In this document: positions 35,818 to 40,370 of the stretch, piece after piece
Layout of the letters: every line of letters begins with the position of its first letter
Numbering within the stretch: position 1 is the first letter of the stretch
Source of the DNA: Burkholderiales bacterium
GTDB lineage: Bacteria; Pseudomonadota; Gammaproteobacteria; Burkholderiales; JABEVD01
Direction: 5' to 3'
DNA length: 40,370 nucleotides
NCBI GenBank assembly: GCA_013044025.1
Contig: JABEVD010000125.1
Coordinates: forward strand, 1-40,370
The notes under the pieces: model-generated
Database searches by the model: none
Told to the model about the DNA's origin: nothing
The model's input: the letters and a program-made list of their open reading frames with translations, nothing else
Made by a program: the position numbers and the translations under genes

Positions 35818-36198
35818 TCAGGGCTTCCAGCGCAACCAGACCCTCATCCTCCTGAATTCCTCGCTGCCGAGCGAATCGGGCAGGATGAGTGCAACCCGCC
35901 TCTTCTGATTGAGACCCGCAAGCCATGGCGAGACGAAAGTGCTGCCGTCCAGTTTCGCGCGTATTGCTTCGCCGCTTCCGGTGAAGAAAGTGCAATCTTC
36001 CTCCCCGAGATCCACGGAAACGACGGAATCGCCGAGCGCGAGCAGGGCATGGTGCAGAATCGAATGGATCATGCCGATCACGAGAAATGGCACGATCAGA
36101 AGCGGAAGAGAAAGATAAAGGACCAGCAGGATCGCGGAAAAATGCGCAAGGAAGAGGATAAAGGCAAGAAGCAGGGAGGGCCTGATCTCGACCTTCAT
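35818..36198 (-). CDS. YgfX/CptA-like inner membrane protein
   Basis: IRPSLLL start, two TM helices, STFVSPWL, LILPDSL..EEFRRMRVWLRW ending. Confidence 0.72.
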   Translation of the reverse strand: MKVEIRPSLLLAFILFLAHFSAILLVLYLSLPLLIVPFLVIGMIHSILHHALLALGDSVVSVDLGEEDCTFFTGSGEAIRAKLDGSTFVSPWLAGLNQKRRVALILPDSLGSEEFRRMRVWLRWKP

Positions 36199-36485
36199 TT
36201 TGCAGCAGGCGGCTGCGCCTGGAGCACCTGGAAAAACACCTCGTCATCCTTGATCATGCCGAGCTGACTGCGTGCTCTTTCCTCGATCGCTGCAGAACCC
36301 TGTCTCAGGTCGAGGACGTCAGCATAGATGGCGGCGTTTCTCGTCGCCATCTTGCGATTTTCAACCTCCTGCGCCCGGATCTGACGGTCCAGATCCCGCA
36401 CCTGAAACCAGCTCCCCTTCCCCATCCACAGGGAATACTGCATCAGGGCAAGCAGGCCGATCAGGGCAAGGCGCAGGGCGGACAT
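36195..36485 (-). CDS. ftsB: Cell division protein FtsB
   Basis: TM then QYSLWMGKGSW, coiled coil, AIEERARSQLGMIKDDEVF; follows eno. Confidence 0.93.
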   Translation of the reverse strand: MSALRLALIGLLALMQYSLWMGKGSWFQVRDLDRQIRAQEVENRKMATRNAAIYADVLDLRQGSAAIEERARSQLGMIKDDEVFFQVLQAQPPAAK

Positions 36486-37793
<1,308 letters not shown>

Positions 37794-38642
37794 TTATGAC
37801 TCAGCTGGTTGCTGGTGTTCGATGAAGCCCCGGCTTTTGACAAGAGCATCCAGTTCTTTCAGTGTTTCGAGCAGCGCTTTCATTTTCCCGAGCGGCCAGG
37901 CATTGGGGCCGTCGGAAAGCGCCTGATCCGGGTCCGGATGCGTTTCCATGAAGATGCCGGAAATCCCGGAAGCCACCGCGGCTCTTGCGAGCACCGGGAC
38001 GAATTCTCGCTGACCGCCGCTCCTGTCTCCCTGCCCGCCGGGAAGCTGGACAGAATGGGTGGCGTCATACACCACCGGGCATCCGGTATCCCGCATCACG
38101 GCCAGCGATCTCATGTCCGATACCAGATTATTGTAGCCGAAGGAAGCGCCTCTTTCGCAGACCAGAATGTTGTCCGCGCCGCTTGCAATCCTCGCCTTTT
38201 CGACGACCTGCCTCATGTCCCAGGGCGCAAGAAACTGCCCCTTCTTGATGTTGACGGGCTTTCCGCAGGAGGCCACCTTCTGGATGAAATCCGTCTGACG
38301 ACAAAGGAATGCAGGCGTCTGCAGCACGTCGACCACTGCCGCTGCCGCATCGATTTCGCCCACCTCGTGCACATCGGTCAGCACCGGGACGCCGATTTTT
38401 TCCCGCACTTCCGAGAGAATCCTCAATCCCTCTTCCATTCCGGGCCCCCGGAAGGATTTCGCCGAACTGCGGTTGGCCTTGTCGAAAGAGGATTTGTAGA
38501 TGAATGGTATCCCAAGCTCGTTGCAGATTTCTTTCAGTCGACCTGCCGTTTCCATGGCGAGTTCGCGCGATTCGATCACGCAAGGCCCGGCGATCAGGAA
38601 GAGCGGGTGCGCGAGACCCGCATCGAAATGGCATAACTTCAT
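37794..38642 (-). CDS. kdsA: KDO8P synthase
   Basis: [42 protein letters not shown]. Confidence 0.98.
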   Translation of the reverse strand: MKLCHFDAGLAHPLFLIAGPCVIESRELAMETAGRLKEICNELGIPFIYKSSFDKANRSSAKSFRGPGMEEGLRILSEVREKIGVPVLTDVHEVGEIDAAAAVVDVLQTPAFLCRQTDFIQKVASCGKPVNIKKGQFLAPWDMRQVVEKARIASGADNILVCERGASFGYNNLVSDMRSLAVMRDTGCPVVYDATHSVQLPGGQGDRSGGQREFVPVLARAAVASGISGIFMETHPDPDQALSDGPNAWPLGKMKALLETLKELDALVKSRGFIEHQQPAES

Positions 38643-38645
38643 GGA

Positions 38646-40295
<1,650 letters not shown>

Positions 40296-40370
40296 TCATA
40301 TGATAGCCGAAAAGGGGGGTGGCTCACAATCGGCCTACCCTCCCCTGCGCACTGCCTCCACCTCCCCGCA

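Overview
A 40.4-kb, GC-rich stretch of a bacterial chromosome. Gene order and protein style suggest a betaproteobacterium (inference). Most of it is housekeeping: argG-ppnP-yajQ-DJ-1, aroC-MFS, gmk-rpoZ-spoT, tpm, cysG, cbpAM, a molybdenum-cofactor cluster (mog, mobA, moaCED, moeA, mobB, moaA) and pyrG-kdsA-eno-ftsB. I see no rRNA, tRNA, CRISPR array, integrase or transposase. The stand-out element is a tightly packed minus-strand operon at about 17.5-23.2 kb. It encodes a type IV pilus PilZ, an ODP-like di-iron metallo-beta-lactamase-fold sensor, a membrane-anchored FimV-like TPR scaffold, an atypical receiver/Pro-rich protein, an MglA-type small GTPase, a probable wHTH-roadblock fusion and a roadblock/LC7 (MglB-like) protein. 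It is a candidate O2/iron-sensing GTPase polarity switch for twitching motility with no chemoreceptor. Other oddities: a soluble actuator-domain-only MgtA derivative behind a strong promoter and a 9-codon leader ORF; a sensor-less kinase/Rcp1/REC-PAS-PAS set coupled to an aldehyde dehydrogenase; a half GH31; a cfa gene frameshifted in a G5 run; and an MFS gene lacking a canonical start codon. All family calls come from motif recognition by eye; no database searches were run.
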